A DNA stretch of 64,000 bases from Vicugna vicugna (lineage: Eukaryota), in the NCBI GenBank assembly GCA_013265495.1, contig MU058213.1:4798854-4862853 (forward strand), read 5' to 3'. Positions 62,767 through 64,000 of this stretch are shown one piece after another (position 1 is the stretch's first letter; each line of letters starts with the position of its first letter). The notes beneath the pieces were generated by a model. The model saw only the letters and a program-made list of their open reading frames with translations. It was not told the origin of the DNA and ran no database searches. Position numbers and translations under genes: made by a program.

Positions 62767-64000
62767 GGTTTAACTTCCTACCTGACCTTGCTCAGTAGAT
62801 CCACAGGGTGGCAGCAGAGAGCCCCACAGTCTCCACACTGGCCAGAGCTGGAGTCTTCTTCAGGCAGAGGCTTCCGGGGCTGCCTCTGTGAGCCTTCAGT
62901 GCACGTCTTTGCTCCTGAGTGACCACACCAAACAGCCACAGCATCCAGCTCTCCAGCATGCAGGGACGCCTTGTAGGAGGGAGTGCTTGGTGACTTGGAT
63001 CTCATTCCTTCTCCAAGATGTCCCCACTCCTATCCCCATCCCAAACACCCTCCACCAGGCCATCGGAACTCGCCTCAGCTAGTCCCTCCCTTAGGAATGG
63101 AGCAAATTTGAAAACGTTCGGGGTCACTTCCACAGAGGTTTCAATCTGAGGGGTTACGTCACCTAGAGCTTGGAAAGGGGACTGTGGAGTCCAGAATGGA
63201 TAGGTTTGGCTGTGGCCCTGGGGTTCACCTCATGTCCCCAGTCCCCGGGCTCCATGGTGAGCTGCCCGCTGTATCAGCAGAGGGCAGCTCCGACCCTGAC
63301 ACAAGGCTGGAGATAGCAGGGTGCCGTCCTGACGGGGATGTGGCCTGCCACGCCCAGCACATGTCTAATCATTCTGGAGATTTCTAGGTTCATTTGTGAA
63401 CCATTGAGAAAGAATCCATCCTGTTCTGGTCAAAGGTGGCAAATAGAGTTAACTGTAACCAGCAAAGGACAGAGAGTCGAATGTGCCTTCTGCTAATGTC
63501 TCCTTATTTCCATGTCAAGATTTTTCTCTATTCTTGCTGGTATATTCTGCTCATGATATTTATTCTCTTTTGTCATATACTTGAGGTCACACATCAGCTA
63601 TTTTTTTCCTAGATAATTTCCTTAATATCGAGAGCATTTTCTAATATTTTAAAGTATTTTTCTACTGTTTTTGAACATTTTTGAACATCTAATGTTTTGA
63701 ACATCATGAATGTCTTTTAAAATTGCTGTATATTTTCCCATCATGCATGGGAAATAAACTTAATTCTTACAGGCATTATTTTCTTGGAGTGATCTCCCAC
63801 AATAGGAAGATAGTGTCAAATGCTGTTTTTTTTTTGGCATTCAAGTGGAACTTCTTAAAACTTTTTCACTTACTCAAATAATTTATGCTCTTTGTTAAAA
63901 AATACAGATAGGTAAATGATAATAGTATGAATAAAAAGGAGGAGGGGGAGAAGGAACGTCACCCTCGGTTTCACTGTCTAGAAATAACTTAATATTTCTA

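Noticed and set aside
53838..64000. A second gene downstream (e.g. ORFs at 53838, 54253, 58364)
   Set aside because: No recognisable peptide, CpG-island promoter or chain of frame-consistent exons; appears intergenic.
1..64000. CRISPR arrays, operons, rRNA/snoRNA/miRNA genes, processed pseudogenes or a novel multi-gene system
   Set aside because: Eukaryotic intron/exon and repeat content explains the window. No spaced repeat array, foreign-looking segment or recognisable structural RNA was seen by eye; an Infernal/Rfam scan would be needed to exclude small RNAs.

Overview
Mammalian, very probably camelid, genomic DNA: it carries two vic-1-type tRNA-derived SINEs, and I recognised no ruminant, pig or primate SINEs. 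The window holds the 3' half of CGNL1 (cingulin-like 1 / paracingulin / JACOP) on the + strand. Bases 1-26678 are part of one long intron. Eleven GT-AG coding exons follow (26679-50987) and splice into one open frame of 501 codons plus stop: a myosin-tail-like coiled-coil rod and an acidic tail ending ...DSTIVSQI*. Then come a ~2.6 kb 3' UTR (main poly(A) signal probably 53613-53618) and ~10 kb of intergenic DNA. The rest is typical eutherian repeat content: L1, L2, L3/CR1, MIR, MaLR LTRs and hAT MITEs. Gene and repeat family names come from recognition without a database search, and boundaries of old repeats are approximate. Nearly all ORFs in the supplied track are spurious. I see no evidence of a new biological system. 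The best leads are modest: a young L1 fragment with an uninterrupted RT core and YADD motif, a divergent pair of CTCF-like motifs downstream of the gene, heptad-multiple phase-0 exons, a C-terminal PDZ-binding-like motif, clustered 3' UTR regulatory sites and two candidate intronic enhancers.
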